Source: Paraspadella gotoi
Lineage: Eukaryota; Animalia; Chaetognatha
Assembly: GCA_051294375.1 (NCBI GenBank)
Contig: CM119265.1
Span: 12,265,866 to 12,329,865, forward strand
Length of the DNA stretch: 64,000 bases
Reading direction: 5' to 3'
Within the stretch, counting starts at the first letter, position 1. Each line of letters starts with the position of its first letter. Of the stretch, positions 13,359 through 37,800 are shown piece after piece. The position numbers and the translations under genes are program-made. Under the pieces are notes generated by a model, which did not search any database, was not told the origin of the DNA, and was given only the letters and a program-made list of their open reading frames with translations.

Positions 13359-14287
13359 ACCATTTTCGCTTTTATTATCGAGAATAATCTTTTCTTTTAT
13401 TGTTTCAAAGTTAACGAATATAAATATTAATTGGTTTGACGGTCAATAATTTTTTGTTATGTTTTCTTTATCATTTTACGGCTTCTTTTTGTTTTTCAGA
13501 GATGTGAGGAAGGTAAAAAAATAAGTTTTTAGCTTGCTTTTTATTTTTTTTTGGTTTAGCTTCCCACACAACCTCGCTGTTTTTCTCTCCACAGGGATTT
13601 TTTTTTTAAATGAGATTCTTCAGCCTTTTCGAAGGTAATCGATATCTACACCTAATTAATTTTGATAAAATAATGGACATGTAAATTCGGCTTCTCGGGG
13701 ACCGTCCCGCCACCCAGCGGGCCCGGCCCGACCGGCTTTCTTTTTTCATTAAATTTACCACTAGTTTGTTTTTAACGAAATGAGAGAGAGAAAGAGAGAG
13801 AGAGAGACAGAGACGACACCACGCCCGACTTTTTAAATTCTTTAGCCCATTAATGATAATTTAAGAAGACCCATCGTTTTCGACGACAATAACGACAATG
13901 ACGACGACTAAAAGTAAGACACTCAGTCATCGACGATGGAGACGCCGACGTTCACGGGGACGTCGGTCATCGTCGTCCACTTTAACGCTCATACATTTTG
14001 GGTTGAGCGGGTTGGAAGGGGTTGTATTTTTTGGGCTATGAAGTACCTCTTGTGTTTAGAAGGGTGGGGGTGGGTTAAATTGATATGGGGTCGTGAGGTA
14101 TATGGCGAACGCGTTTCCTCGCGCGGTTGAATTCGCGTAACGCGTTTTGCCGTCGACAAGAACCGAAAGGTTTCGATAAATCTGGTTACGGACGAAATGA
14201 AAAACCTCACAGGGGCTTGTGAATCAAATGAGTCAGAACTAATTTTCTTTTACACCCGGTGACGAGTTAAAGCAACTGACAAAAGTT

Positions 14288-14376
<89 letters not shown>

Positions 14377-15636
14377 ATTTTCTCTCTCTTTCTCGCTCCC
14401 CCCTTTCTCTTCCTCTCTGAAATAGTCTTTCAAGTCAGTTAACAGCTTTACATTCAACAAAAAGCCTTCATTTGAATGGGAATAGATGGCTGAATACTTT
14501 ATAGGAGACGAAACTTATGCCCCACGGTTTTAATGTTTATATTTACCCACTTTCGCCGCTCATTACTCCCCCGATATCAGCCATTCTCAAAAATATTTTT
14601 CCTTTCCTTGAGACGTACTTTTATCGTCCTCCCATCAAGAAATGAAGGATCACTTCGTTCTTAGACTTAGATTGTCCCTTCTGCCCATTACCTACAATCC
14701 TTTCAATCTTCTTCCAAACTTTATACTTTTCCCGTCTATATCAGATTGCTCCAATCAAATAAGAAGACCGAGTTTCACTCTATTATTAACCAATCGAAAA
14801 GGAGGATATACTTCTCCCTCATTTTACGTCACTGCACGTGATTCTATCCTTGTCTCTCGCGGTTCTCCTCGCATAAATTTAGAAAATCGCAAAACAAAAA
14901 AAAAAAAAGAAAACGAAAATAAAAAGAAAATGATAAATCGTTGGACGAATTGTAAAACGGAAGATTCATTAAAACGGGGAGGGGAGAGATCGGTACGTCG
15001 AGACGAAAGAGGTCGCTGAATTTATGACTTATAAACAAACTAATGCTAGCTGAAAAAAAAAGGACTTTTATTATCTATTATCTCCTAGTAGATATTTCGT
15101 TGCCAACGATTAACGCCCGTCCGAAAGGCTCCGAAGCCTCTTTATCCCATCATCTTGCGTCATTGGCGTCACCTTAGCGTCACTTTGGCGTCCGTACGTC
15201 AAATCACCGTCTTTCTAGTCGGCTGTCATAATTGTCGAAACCCGTCGGCAGATCGGTTGGAAAAGTTTTTTTTTCTTTTATTCATTTCCCCATATTTTTT
15301 AGATCTCACATTATTTCCGCGAGGTCACCTCATCCGAAAAATAGGCCGTGCTTCGTTCCAAAAATCAAAACCCAATTTCTAGTAACGAGTTTTCCCTAAT
15401 GAAATGCGACATTTCGGGCGAAACTTGACGAAACGGGGGGGAAGTAAAAATCGACTACATGCTCCCGGCGATCGTTGACCGCGAGAGTAACTCGATCTAT
15501 CAACGTCCTTCGATCGTCAGTTTCAAAAGATGGGATTTAAAAAGTGATGCAGGACGATCAGGTTTAAACACAAGTCAAGTTTTCGTCGGAATCGAAATAT
15601 CACGATGGACCCACCGACGACTTCCTCAAAAAAATA

Positions 15637-16362
15637 AAGAAGGCTTCATATTATAAAATGTGGTACCCCTTTTTTGTGACCAGAATCTGTTCCCACCAAA
15701 CTACCCATTCGAATTTAATGAAATTTTACATTTAGAGTGCTAATGACTATATAAATGGAACAATCGAGGCGAATTTTGATATTCAACCCCTGACAAGAGA
15801 TACAGGGCAATGGGGGTAGACCCCTGGGGGGCCAAAAAAGCCTAATTTTTTTTTTTCATTTTTCAAAATTTTTAGTAGCATCAGGTGCATTGACGTTTTA
15901 AACATATGAAAAAAAACATTTTAGAACTAAAATTGATAAATTTTCAATAATTAAACATGGTTTGAAAATGCATGGTTCATCGTTTTACTTTCAATCTTCC
16001 CAAATTATTCCAAATCTGACTTGAACTTCTGATGTTCATGTTATAAATTAAGGTAAACTAATATTTTTGAGGTAATAAATACGTTTTTGTGGAAGAGTAA
16101 ACGTCTGTGCAACTGTTCAAAACAAAAATAATAAAAAAATTTGAAAAAAAATTTTGACCATTTTTTGCCCCAATGGATGACCCCCCGGGGGGCCCATATC
16201 TTGGCTCAGCGGTCAAATATTGAAATTCGCCTCGATAGTTCTATTAGTATTCACATAGGGATTTTTCAGACCTAATTTCAATAAATTTGGTCCAGAAGTT
16301 TTCTCAGAACGAGTTGTGGTCACAAAAAAGAGGTACCTCATTTTATAATATGAAGCCTTCTG
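15637..16362. mobile_element. MITE, Tc1/mariner-type (TA flanks, long imperfect TIRs)
   Basis: Left end AGAAGGCTTCATATTATAAAATGTGGTACCCCTTTTTTGTGACCA is mirrored by TGGTCACAAAAAAGAGGTACCTCATTTTATAATATGAAGCCTTCTG. TA sits on both flanks and the internal arms are also complementary. Confidence 0.85.
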
Positions 16363-18573
16363 TAAACATTTCCTTTGTCTCTCCTCGTCCCGATATTTTC
16401 ATGAGGCCCCTAATCTTTCGCGGTCCCGACGCTCGCTGCCGCTCCCCTCCCGTAATCCCCTTCTACTCCGGTCCAGCTCCCAGGGCCGCAACGCGTTTTC
16501 TTTTCGTTCCCTCGACGCCGAGAGGCCCATAATTCGGGGGAGAAGCCGATATCAACGACGGGTATAAATCTCTCCTTCGTATTTATCGACAAAACTTCTC
16601 ATTCATCTCCATCTCGAATTAAAAAAAGGAGAGAACGTAAAGGTCCTTAACTAGGGATGAATGGACGATTCGATGATCTGTAATTCGATTCATTTAAAAA
16701 TGTGTAAAAGTTATTTACAATTTACACTTCATTAAGTTCATGTAGTCCTTACAATGCTAGTTAAATTCACAAGAAACTTTGTAACTAAGCAGCTACTAAT
16801 TTCCATCTCAAACCCAATAATATGTAGTAGCGATAAGTTCTGTAGCAAGCTCCGCCTACTACTAGCCAGTCCCGCGGCGAAAAAAAGCGGAGAAAACGGA
16901 AAGGTCCAAAACCCAAAACAAAAACTGCTCCTCTTTTTTTTTTCGTGGATCTGGTTTTCGAAGGCTTATCTTTTTCGTGGATCTACAAAGAGTAATGAAA
17001 ACATTGAGAAGAGAGAGGGAGAAAATGGGGAGAGGAGGGGTGACCGTTACGGGGTATGAAAAGGTTTGAGGAACGAAAATCGAGTGGCGCAATCACAAAC
17101 AACCTTGACAACTTTTTTTTAATAAAGCGACAAACAGAACGACGAGCTCTACTTCAATTCTTACTTTATTTGGCTCAATACCAACTTTTTTACGAGAAGA
17201 GCAGAGTTCCGAATTGAATAATTGTGTTTATGGAATTCAAAAACACGTTTCCACGACTCCTGTAGGGTAACCCAACCTTGGTTATTAAGGCATTGATTAT
17301 CACACGTTCCTCTCTCTGAGAAAAAACTCTCATCGTCTGTTTCTCGCGATCATTCGGGATTCTGATTTGATTATTTTATTGATCATTCGATTATTAAATT
17401 AATAATAATGGTAAATAATTAAGAGGAACTGACCTGAGAAAAACTAATTCCGGAGTCTTCATGACGGTTGTTTATCTTCGAGTTTTTCTTCCCCCACCCC
17501 CAAGGTGCAGGAGGGGTTTATTTCCAATTGTGACTCCTCCAGTTACGTTTGGACGAAACAGAGAAATTTTCGAGATTCTCAGCTTCGTTCATCGGGGTTG
17601 TTGTGAAAAAGCCCGCGTATCAGTACTTCTGTCGTGGGCGAAAATCTCCGGGTAAAAATGGCAAGTGTAAAATTTAGTCGCAAGAGCTACTTTGCTACTT
17701 TACTAAATCGCATCCCAAATAGTAGAACGTTTTCGCTGGTCAGATACCTTTTAAGTTTCATCTCTCGACTTCCTAATTTAGCGGCTCCTTTTCCAACTCA
17801 CAGTCAGGTTAGACCGTGAACCCAACGTCCCGCGCTCCCAATGTTCCCTCTAATCATCCTTCCCAATTCTCTCTCCAGCCCCATCTGACACCTACTCCCC
17901 CTACTCTTCCCCCGCTCCTCCGACCCGTGCCTCTCGTTTATATTGTCCCCCCACACTCTCATCTCGAGAAGTGCCTCTCTCTCAGCGTTGAAGAGCTCAT
18001 CCATCCGCCGACGACGACGACGACGACGACGATCGCTCACCGAGGGAGCGGGGCGAAAAAAAAAAAAAGAAAGACGTTTCGTTTAGAATCGATTCACCGT
18101 CGAACACAAAACCGTTCATGTGAAAAATTTTCTCGATGAAATTGGAAAAAAAAAAGGTTTAAATTTTTTTTTTTAGTTTGAAAAGATATCATATTTTTCC
18201 GTCTTTTCTAAAAACGAAATATTTTTATAAATAAAAAAAAAGCGAGTGGCGCCGCGCGTATTTTTGAACAATTTATGAACGAAAGAAAAAAAGGAAGAAA
18301 AAAAAAATTACGATCGAAAGGGGAAAAAAAATGAAAACAATGGCGTTTTTCTGATTAACACTGAAACAAATCGAAACAAACAATCGGGCTTCGGCATCGT
18401 GTCGAGTTTAGATTAACAAGATCGTGATATTTACGCACAAACGGATACGGACGGCGTTCCGAGGACTCCCGCAAAAGGACCCACTTTTTCATCGCTCGTC
18501 GACCTTGATGCTTGCGACGCGAATCGCGAATCGAATGTGACGCGAAAGTCAGGAATTGACGACGACGACAAAG

Positions 18574-25088
<6,515 letters not shown>

Positions 25089-25535
25089 TATTTTTGCATC
25101 GTGGCGCAATATACGTAGTTTTCTGGGAGGGATCTGCTAAGCGTTCCAAAAGATATGCAATAGCCGAATATTGTCAATCGTATTTGGTTTCATTCAAAAC
25201 TGATAGTTTTCTTTTTTTTTTCTCTTGGTCTTTTTTTGTAGACAGGTCTGTATTTGGTGAGATACGTAGCTTATACTTAGATAAAAGTATGTTTTTTTCT
25301 TGAAATTCGTGATGTATTATTTTCAATTTTGTTTTGTTATACCTATTCGTTTCTGTGCCGAACTCTTCTCGTCTTCAACCCCGAAAACAACTATTAAAAA
25401 GTCAATCGATTAAAAAAGTCTTTTTTTTACAGTGATGAGCCGTAATAAGATCAAGAAGTAGTCACACGAACATAGTAGATTAAACACAAAATTCATAGGA
25501 TTCTTATCTTCGGCGTTAACTTCGGAACCTTCTCT

Positions 25536-27323
25536 TCATTTTTGCACAAGAACGCATTTGCACTTCAAATCGCGAATAACCGTTTTTGCTTCGTGGCCTA
25601 AACTCGTCAGGCTGTTGTCGCTTTCGTAACTGGGAAAAATTTAGAAACAAATATCAAGCTAAAGATAAATTTGTTTAATTGTCTAATCATTAAGGTAATT
25701 TTACCGGTATTTCAGAAGTTTGACCGTAAAGGCTTCCGTAGACCATGGGAGACATTGCAATTCCGGGTGACCACAACATCCGCCGCACCTACTTGCCGTC
25801 AAGGGATTTAATTTTATTATGTATATGTATCACCGAGCGATTTTACAGATATTTCTCTAAGTTCGCTAACAGATAAAAATTACGTTGAAAATTTAAACGT
25901 TTGAAATAAGTGTAAGTTATTGCAATAATTACTAATATACGTACTACAAATATTAAAATATTCATGAGAATCTAATAAATTTCAAGTGACAGCGACCTTT
26001 CAACGTCGACGCTGATTGGAAAGACATCCTCACTGGGATGACGGTGCTCCGGCCTGAGGTCAACACAAACTTTCTTTGGCAGGCAGCCTTCAGAGGGAAC
26101 GGCTTCTGGCACGCCCAACGCTAATAAAGACGAACGGAAAATTATCATTACTACCAAAGAATAACAACAGTAACGGCGTCGTAAAAAGATTAAAGGCGGC
26201 CCGCACCTCCGGTCGGGGAGAATCCGACGTTAATGTTCGTCCCGTTTATAAACTCAGCGATAGACTTGAACTTCAAGATTTTTTCGTAGAATTCTGGGGG
26301 AATTCCTTGGTCTGGATCGAAGATCTGAGAGCGAAATTATGGGTGTTTTTCCTCAGATGTTCGACGTCGCTTTTTAAATATTATGCTTTCATTTTGTTTT
26401 CAATATTATGATACATCTTATTGATAGATAATATTGTTAACTCCTACCTCGTCGGCGAATTCCTCGACAGCTGAAAACAAAACGGATGTAATTTTATTGT
26501 TTAACTTTTAGAATGAAGAATGTTGAATAAAGCGCGTTTCGTTCATTTGGATCTCTTTGGGAAAAGTATAATTCGGTATAGTTTGATACTCTTTTTCACT
26601 TATTACGATGATAGAGCGGCCTTTTTTATTTAAGACAGCATACATCCCTTGCGACTCTCAAGTTGAGAGTCATACTTGCAACAATCCACTATATAATTTT
26701 TATTAAAAAATATACGAATATATCATTAAGGAAAACTATGATAAATTGTACAGATTATATTAGATTATATTATTATAGGACAGATTATAACCATGTGTTG
26801 TATAGATGCTCCCTCTTTTTCCAGAATACAACACTGACCTCCCCTCCCAAAAATGAAATATTAGATATAAAAATAAATAAAAAATTTAAAAAACAATATA
26901 TATATAATTAAATAATTTAGATTAAATAGTAAAACCTTGAACATTAATATTATAAAATAGAAAAATAGAAAATAGTGAAACAAGTAAGGGAAAAAAGGTT
27001 ACATTATTGAGATGTGACTTACGAAGCGGATTTTTCTCAGCATCGTTATGACTCTGAGCTTCGACTTCCTCCGACACTTCCGTGTTCCTTTTGTTTTCAT
27101 CATCGGCGTTAACCGAAGTTATTTCCGGCGTGAAAAGCACGTCGATCGATGCGCCGCCGGAAACCACGTGGCTCGGCGATTCCGGCACCGGACGAGAAAG
27201 AAGACGCGCTTCTCCGAAGTCGGAAAGCGGGACAATATGCGGAGTTATTTCGTCGATATGAATAGGATTGGAATTAGTGGCGGCGAAAGTGAAAAAAAAG
27301 GGCAAAACGACGTAAAGATACAT
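25536..27323 (-). CDS. Secreted PDGF/VEGF-family growth factor (PVF), ~247 aa, 6 exons
   Basis: Exons 27323-27023, 26470-26448, 26324-26207, 26120-25997, 25788-25705, 25629-25536 are all in phase. Signal peptide MYLYVVLPFFFTFAATNS; cystine-knot pattern GCLPKKVCVDL...FPISVDVERCGGCCGHPELQCLP...CKC. Confidence 0.88.
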
Positions 27324-27813
27324 TTCTGATTTCGTTGGTTTGAAAAGCAAAATTAAAGAGGATACGGAGTTGAGATGCGCCGCCCTTTTGTTGTCGAAAG
27401 ATCACTTCGCTCCTTTTTATTCACATTTCGGTCATCATCCTCCCCATCTCCGGATGTGGTTTTTTTTTTTTCGTTTTTTAAGGAAATACGAAGCGATGAC
27501 GCACGTCAGCCACGACTTTACGCATATCAATTTTCAAGTTTTAATCCGGTGGGGGTGTGGGGGTTTAAAGACCAAGAGAGAGTATAGGAAGGAAAAGGTT
27601 GTGGGGAAGGGGTGTTTGAATGAACTCCGAGACGGAGTAGTAATGCGGGTGTGGATTTTTTATTTCGAGAACAAAACAGAAAATTTGTCAGCGTCCGTCT
27701 TCTGTAAAAATGCTCACACATTAGATTACATAGGAGGGCCAAGAATCATCCAAACTCAAATGACGCCTCATCTTCAAACAAGATATTTAAGAATTTCAAC
27801 ACTACTTATGACA

Positions 27814-27860
27814 TTAAAAATTGTCGCATTACATAGGCTATGTAATGCGACAATTTTTAA
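27814..27860. repeat. Perfect palindrome with 23 bp arms
   Basis: TTAAAAATTGTCGCATTACATAG-G-CTATGTAATGCGACAATTTTTAA; probably the centre of a small MITE. Confidence 0.85.
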
Positions 27861-28035
27861 CATTTAAATGAAAACTATCTATATAAATTTGTATGTAACA
27901 GTAATCCGCCAAAACAAAGTTTTCAATTTCATGAGATAAATCGTCGTAAGTAGTGATAGTTGAGTCACTCATCCGTCGTGAATGACCGTTTCTAGCATTT
28001 CGAGATTTTTAAATCTTATCGTTAGCCCACAGGGC

Positions 28036-31000
28036 GCGGTTCCTTTTTACATCGATTTAATCGGCATGGAGTGCACAAGAATGAGATGTCCCGTGATACG
28101 TTTCCGGACCTTTGGGCTACACAAAAAAAGGGTAATCAAATTTTTCCTAATGACAGTTTTTTATAAATTAATATTAAAATTAGCTATATAAAATCAATAA
28201 AGTAGAATAAAAAAAATTTAAAAATGGTTTAAATTTTTTTAAAAATGAAAATATCATGCATCATCCATAATCTATGAATAATTTTCTTTCGTTTGAGTCC
28301 ATAACAATTATTCTATCTTTAATTGTTTATTTGTAATTAATTTTTCTTTATTAAAATATTATTTTAATTTTTTTTCAGATAATTTAAATTAAAAAAAATT
28401 ATATCTATGCCAAATGATTGAAGAAAAATTTTATATTATAAGGGACTTACCTACCTAATATAGGCTTTCAAATACATAAATAGTAAGTTTATTATGATTA
28501 TGTTTTGATATAGAAAATAAATAATTTAAATAATTAAATATATGAAAAAATTTATAACTTTGAATTTTTTTTTAGCATAATAATCATAATTATTAATTAA
28601 TTGTTCATGATGCTTTTAATAGCTACTGGTGAGTTGTATCCTTTTCAATTATAATAATTTGATAACTTCTTTTATTTTTAGTAATACTGACTGCTATATT
28701 TACTTACTTTTGATAAAATCTAAAAATTACTGCTATTAAAAATTATGTATGAAACAGACGAAAACTTTTTTTTAAATCAGATGCTATTTAATTTTGTGGA
28801 GTGATATTATATTATCCTTGGACAAAATTTAAAAAGTTTTAAACAATCCCAACTAGACATTTTTAAGGCCAAAAGTTAGGTTGTTTAAAAAAACTGCAAG
28901 ATGCAAAAAAGTAATAAAAAAGTTATTTTCTTGAATATCTTTTGAGAAAAAAGAGGGAGCAAGGTGGGTGTGGTATAAAATTAAAGCCCTAATCATGGGA
29001 CACAGTTTTGTTAAATTTTATCCATAAATCTTTATACAGTTTTTATTTAAATACGAGTTAAAAGTATAACAGTTTTTTGCATTACAAATTTCAATGAAGG
29101 CATATGAAATTTTTTGTTTTTCTTTTGTAAATTGAAAGAGGAAAGTCTGAATTACATTTTAATTATCATTAAATTTTCTCTACTTTATAAATTTGCTTGT
29201 ATTTTTTAGTTAAAGTAAAAAACAAGAAAAAAATTTGTAGTAGCTTGATAAAATGTTTTTTTAAATATGAAAAATGATAAATAATAAAATGTTTTCAGCT
29301 TGATATAAACAGTCTGGACGTCTACCTTCTTGTCTGTGAAAAAAAAATAATCATTTTTCATTATGTTCAACTGCAAAGAAAAAGCTTGATATACTGCTTG
29401 TTTATTATAATAAAATTTTAAAAAATTACTTAACTGCTGACATATTGACAAAGCAAGACATCATTGTGTTGAATTGTATTGCTAATTTTCTTTTAAATAT
29501 AACAACCTTTATAAAGGGAATTTTAATTCTATTATTTATCATCCATTTTAATAGAGCCAAACTTCGTCAATGGGGTGGGTCAGAAGTTTGATTTGGGAAC
29601 CTTTCCAAATGAAACTTCATACATTTCTGAGAAAACTTTCAATGGAGCAAAATTTTCTAAAATGGCTAAAGCATTAGTAATTAATTTTGTAATATTTATT
29701 TATAGATAGGAAATGTCAAAAAAATTTTTTTGAATTTTTATTTTTAAAAGCGGATTCAAATAGCTTATGAAAAGTTATCTACACAAAGTATAATTCTTTT
29801 TTCAATATTTTGATGATAAGTGGGTTAAAATTTAGAAAAACCTTAAAAAAATCATCATCATCATCATCCGATGATTTTAGCAGTTTTTACTAATTTTTAG
29901 TAATAAAACATCAAAATTTTAAAAAGTTGTAATTATATTTTTTGCTTAACTTTTTAAGCTCTATCAGAATCAATTAAAAAAACTTAAAATATCAAAAAAA
30001 ATTTTTAACATTATATAGCAATATAATAATATTAATTAGCGAATTACTCATGGTTTGGAACATTTTTGCAAAAAAATATTTTAACACAAATTAATACCAA
30101 TAATGGATTAGTTTAATGCTGTTCCCATTATAATTTGAATTTGGTTGGCTACCGCTAATTTTAATAAGAAAAAAAATTCGCGAAAAGGGTTCATTGACTG
30201 ACTTAATGATTGCATTTTTTAAGGTTTCTTTACTGCCCCCATTACGCAAGACATAAAAGGTCATTATTATCATGTCACTATGTACAGATTTTTTCTACCC
30301 TTTATGCCACCTGACATTCTGAATTTTCTTTTTCCCTTTCAAATGTATTAAATTAAAAAAATTAATTGAGAGAACGATCAGCATGGAGGATACCGTTGGT
30401 AAGCCTTAGTTACCCCACTTCCCGATCAATTTTTAAAAAGGTTTTTTTTCATCTATTCTAGACATAACTCTAACTATTGGTACTATTTATTTTTAATTTT
30501 TTACATTCTCTTTCGCGTAATCAAAGAAACGTTTTGCGTGTCAAAAAAATTATAGAAAAAAAAAGTAAAATGTTTTCAAAAATTAAAAAAATCTATAGAG
30601 GAATCTACTATACTTAACAAATATACTGATGTTAATATGTATTAGAACTTTGATGCCCACTCCAAATAAAAAAACTGTTAAATATACTGCTTTTCTGTCA
30701 TATTAAAAGAGGCTACTGAATTAAGTTAAAACCTACAAAGCAGTCCGAATATCAAATATTTATACATTTGACAACCTTAAAAATGTCTAGTTGGGATTTT
30801 TAAAACTTTTTAAATTTTGTCCAAGGATAATATTATATCAGTTCAAACAATTAAATAGCATGTGATTTAAAAAAAAGTTTTCGTCTGTTTCAACATAATT
30901 TTTAATACCAGTAATTTTTGGATTTTGTCAAAAGTAAGTAAATATAGCAGTCAGTATTATTAAAAATAAAAAAGTTATAAAATTATTATAATTGAGAATG

Positions 31001-31599
31001 ATACAACTGACCAGAGCTATTAAAAGCATCATGAACAATTAATTAATAATTATGTTTATTATGCTAAAAAAAAATTCAAAGTTAAATTTTTTTCATATAT
31101 TTAATTTTATAAATTATTTATTTTCTATGTCAAAACATCATCATAATAAACTTACTATATATGTATTTGAAGGCCTATATTAGGTAGGTAAGTCCCTTAT
31201 AATATAAATTTTTCTTCAATCATTTGGCATAGTATAAATTTTTTTAATTTAAATTATTTGAAAAAAAATAAAAATAATATTTTAATAAAGAAAAATTAAT
31301 TACAAATAAACTATTAAAGATAGAATAATGGTTATGGACTCAAACGAAAGAAAATTGTTCATAGATTATGGATGATGCATGATATTTTCATTTTTAAAAA
31401 ATTTAAACCATTTTTAAATTTTTTTATTCTACTTTATTGATTTTATATAGCTAATTTTAATATTAATTATAAAAAAAACTGTCATTAGGAAAAATTTTAT
31501 TACCCTTTTTTTGTGTAGCCCAAAGGTCCGGAAACGTATCCCGGAACATCTCATTCTTGTGCACTCCATGCCGATTAAATCGATGTAAAAAGGAACCGT
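28036..31599. mobile_element. Foldback element with ~830 bp inverted arms enclosing nested TE fragments
   Basis: 28036-28868 is the reverse complement of ~30775-31599; the ORF track shows VPFYIDLIGMECTRMRC on both strands. Confidence 0.85.
29552..30157. mobile_element. Secondary insertion inside the nested TE copy
   Basis: Absent from the sister copy at ~21515-21530 and flanked by a duplicated ATTTTAA (29545-29551, 30158-30164). Related sequence lies inverted at ~60180-60500. Confidence 0.7.
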
Positions 31600-31993
31600 G
31601 AGGGGTGGGACCATATATCCGGACAAAATTTAAAAAATCATTACTTCATAGAACTGTTAATAATTTTCGAATCTGAATAAATATTCAAATAATGCTCTAT
31701 AGCTTTTAGCCGATATATTAATTGTTTTAAAATAGTTAGATATTGAAGAGACAGAAATAACTGTTATGAGTTGGTAACAGAACTGGTTAATATAAGCAGT
31801 TAATATAAGCTTTGGATCAGGCTGTAACACCGTGTTACAGGCGGGTTAAGCGCCCGGTCCCTCTTAACCTGGACCTGCAGTGACCACCCCATATCACTGG
31901 CGTGTTTATGCCGACACCATCACACTTTAACCAGCGTGACCGATATTTATTTATAAATAAATATAAAAAAATTAATATATGGAGTATGGAATA

Positions 31994-32932
31994 CATGGTG
32001 ACAATTTTACAAGCGCCGGTAGAAATACGCTGTCATTTGCAAACCAGTGGTTATTTCATTGATTTTAAAATTTAGTTGAGTAAAAAATACTAAAACTATT
32101 TATATGTTAAAATTTTATATTGATCAGTTAAGATATGCCTTGACAATGAGTGGAGAAAATTAACTTTTCAAATCGGGTTTTCTTTTCCAACACTTTAAAT
32201 CTAATTTTTTTGAGGAACTTTTAGTACTTTTTTAAACAAAGTATTTATTAAAATATTAACAATATTAATATCCTCAGAAAGCCCTTAAAAATATGAAGAG
32301 AATTATATACTTACAAATATTATAATATAAAATTTAACTGGCCCTGCTTTAATTAAGATATTCAAAAACGAGACATCTTTTTAAAAATCAATAATTAAAA
32401 AATAAATTTATGATTTTTATCAAATTATAATTAGCTATCTTAAATATTTTTTTCTTAAGCTCTTTCATAATACTTATATAAATAATAATATTTTTTGTTA
32501 TAATAATTTAAACAGGTTATATATTTTAAGACAAGATTTAAAATTTTAAATAATTACTTTTGACACATTTAATTGAACAAAGGCTGGGCAGCTTACTTTT
32601 CATACTAAAGTTTTTGTAAATATATCAATCTTCATATTTTTAAGGGCTTTCTGAGGATATTAATATTATTAATATTTTAATAAATACTTTGTTAAAAAAA
32701 GAGTTAAAAAAAAAAGAATTTAAAAATAATAAGTTAAAAAATGAAACCAGATTTGAAAAGCCAACTTCCTCCACTCATTGTCAAAGCATATCTTGACTGA
32801 TCAATATAAAATTTTAACAACAAATAATTTTAATATTTTCTACTCAAATAATTTATTAAAAAATCAATGAAATAACTATTGGTTTGCAAATGACAGCATA
32901 TTTCTACCGGCGCCTGTAAAATTGTCACCATG
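31994..32932. mobile_element. MITE, Tc1/mariner-type (TA flanks, ~330 bp inverted arms)
   Basis: TA|CATGGTGACAATTTTACAAGCGCCGGTAGAAAT ... ATTTCTACCGGCGCCTGTAAAATTGTCACCATG|TA. Confidence 0.85.
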
Positions 32933-33589
32933 TAATATTAAAATTTTTTGTCTATTCAAATTTTTTAAAAAATGTTTAAATTTTCTTTTAAGCAGGTGCT
33001 TGGTTCAAATTTCTTAACCACCTTACTGAGTTAGGCTACTCCTACTATTATGATTGTTTGCCCATTTTGGGTAAAATTTTACATTCGGCGACCGGGATTT
33101 TAGTTTCCTAACAATAAATAAAAATTTTAATACTGAAAAATACTAAAATAAAAATTATTCTCCCAACTCCCCTAAATATCATCAAGCAAGAAATCAGATA
33201 ACATGAGATCGCACTGATAACGAAATACGAGCCGAGTAAAATCTAAGAATCAAGAATTTGGTACAACTCATATAAAGATTATCTAATATCTATCCAACAA
33301 GTTATTCCACGGAATTTTATTCCACAAGAATTTCCACGGACAGGACGTGTAATCGAATCAAACATTTTTCGGGAGCTTTCAATGCCTAAAGAATTGATTA
33401 AAAGAAATAAAACATTACTGACGATGCGTTGAATTTTCTCGAATGGTTACTCAACTAGGTTCACTTGAATTTAAGTAACTATCACTCAAAGAAAAAAAAA
33501 TCATTTCAAGCTTCATCTTTATTTTGAAACCAATTCTTAATCGAAAATTTAAATGTGAACGCACAAAAAACATTGCTAACATAATTTTA

Positions 33590-37320
<3,731 letters not shown>

Positions 37321-37439
37321 TTTGAAGATTATTTGGTCTCACTACAAAAAATTTTTTGAACAATTTTTTTTATCTCAATGAGAGAATAAATACACGCAAC
37401 TTCGTTCGTTATTAGGACGAGAAGTAGCGAATGATTTAA

Positions 37440-37800
37440 TGGAAGCGGCAACGGTCCCCTTTTATAGTGGGGAATTGCGGCCACCAATACTAAAGGACCA
37501 ATGAAAAAGCAAAAACTTTAGCTTGTCCAATTTACTTTCGGATATTTTCCAGCGACGTCAATGGTAGTTTCTAGAATAGACGAACTCCACCCTCATTGGT
37601 TGTAACATAGTAACCAATTGGATAAGTCTGGCCAATTAAGAGTCTAGGTTTGAGTACCACTTCATGACGTCAAGTCAGAAGCACCAATAAACAAAGGATT
37701 TTATGAGAATCATCGTATCAAGAGGTCGTTGCTAAGGAAGTGGCGCCAAGCTTAGATAATTGAAGTTTTGTGCCGGTTGCCTTGATAAAAAAGCTGTCGC
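37440..37800. promoter_or_regulatory. Alpha-tubulin promoter: TATA box, CCAAT cluster, CRE, X-box-like sites
   Basis: Minus-strand TATAAAAG at ~37459-37466; at least 6 CCAAT/ATTGG; TGACGTCA at ~37665; GTTGCTAAGGAAG at 37728 and GTTGCCTTGATAA at 37776. Confidence 0.65.

Noticed and set aside
31843-31875. HDV-like ribozyme (GGGTTAA...TTAACCT-GG)
   Set aside because: Only 14 nt lie between the P1 strands, too few for P2, P3 and L3; retained only as an unassigned structure.
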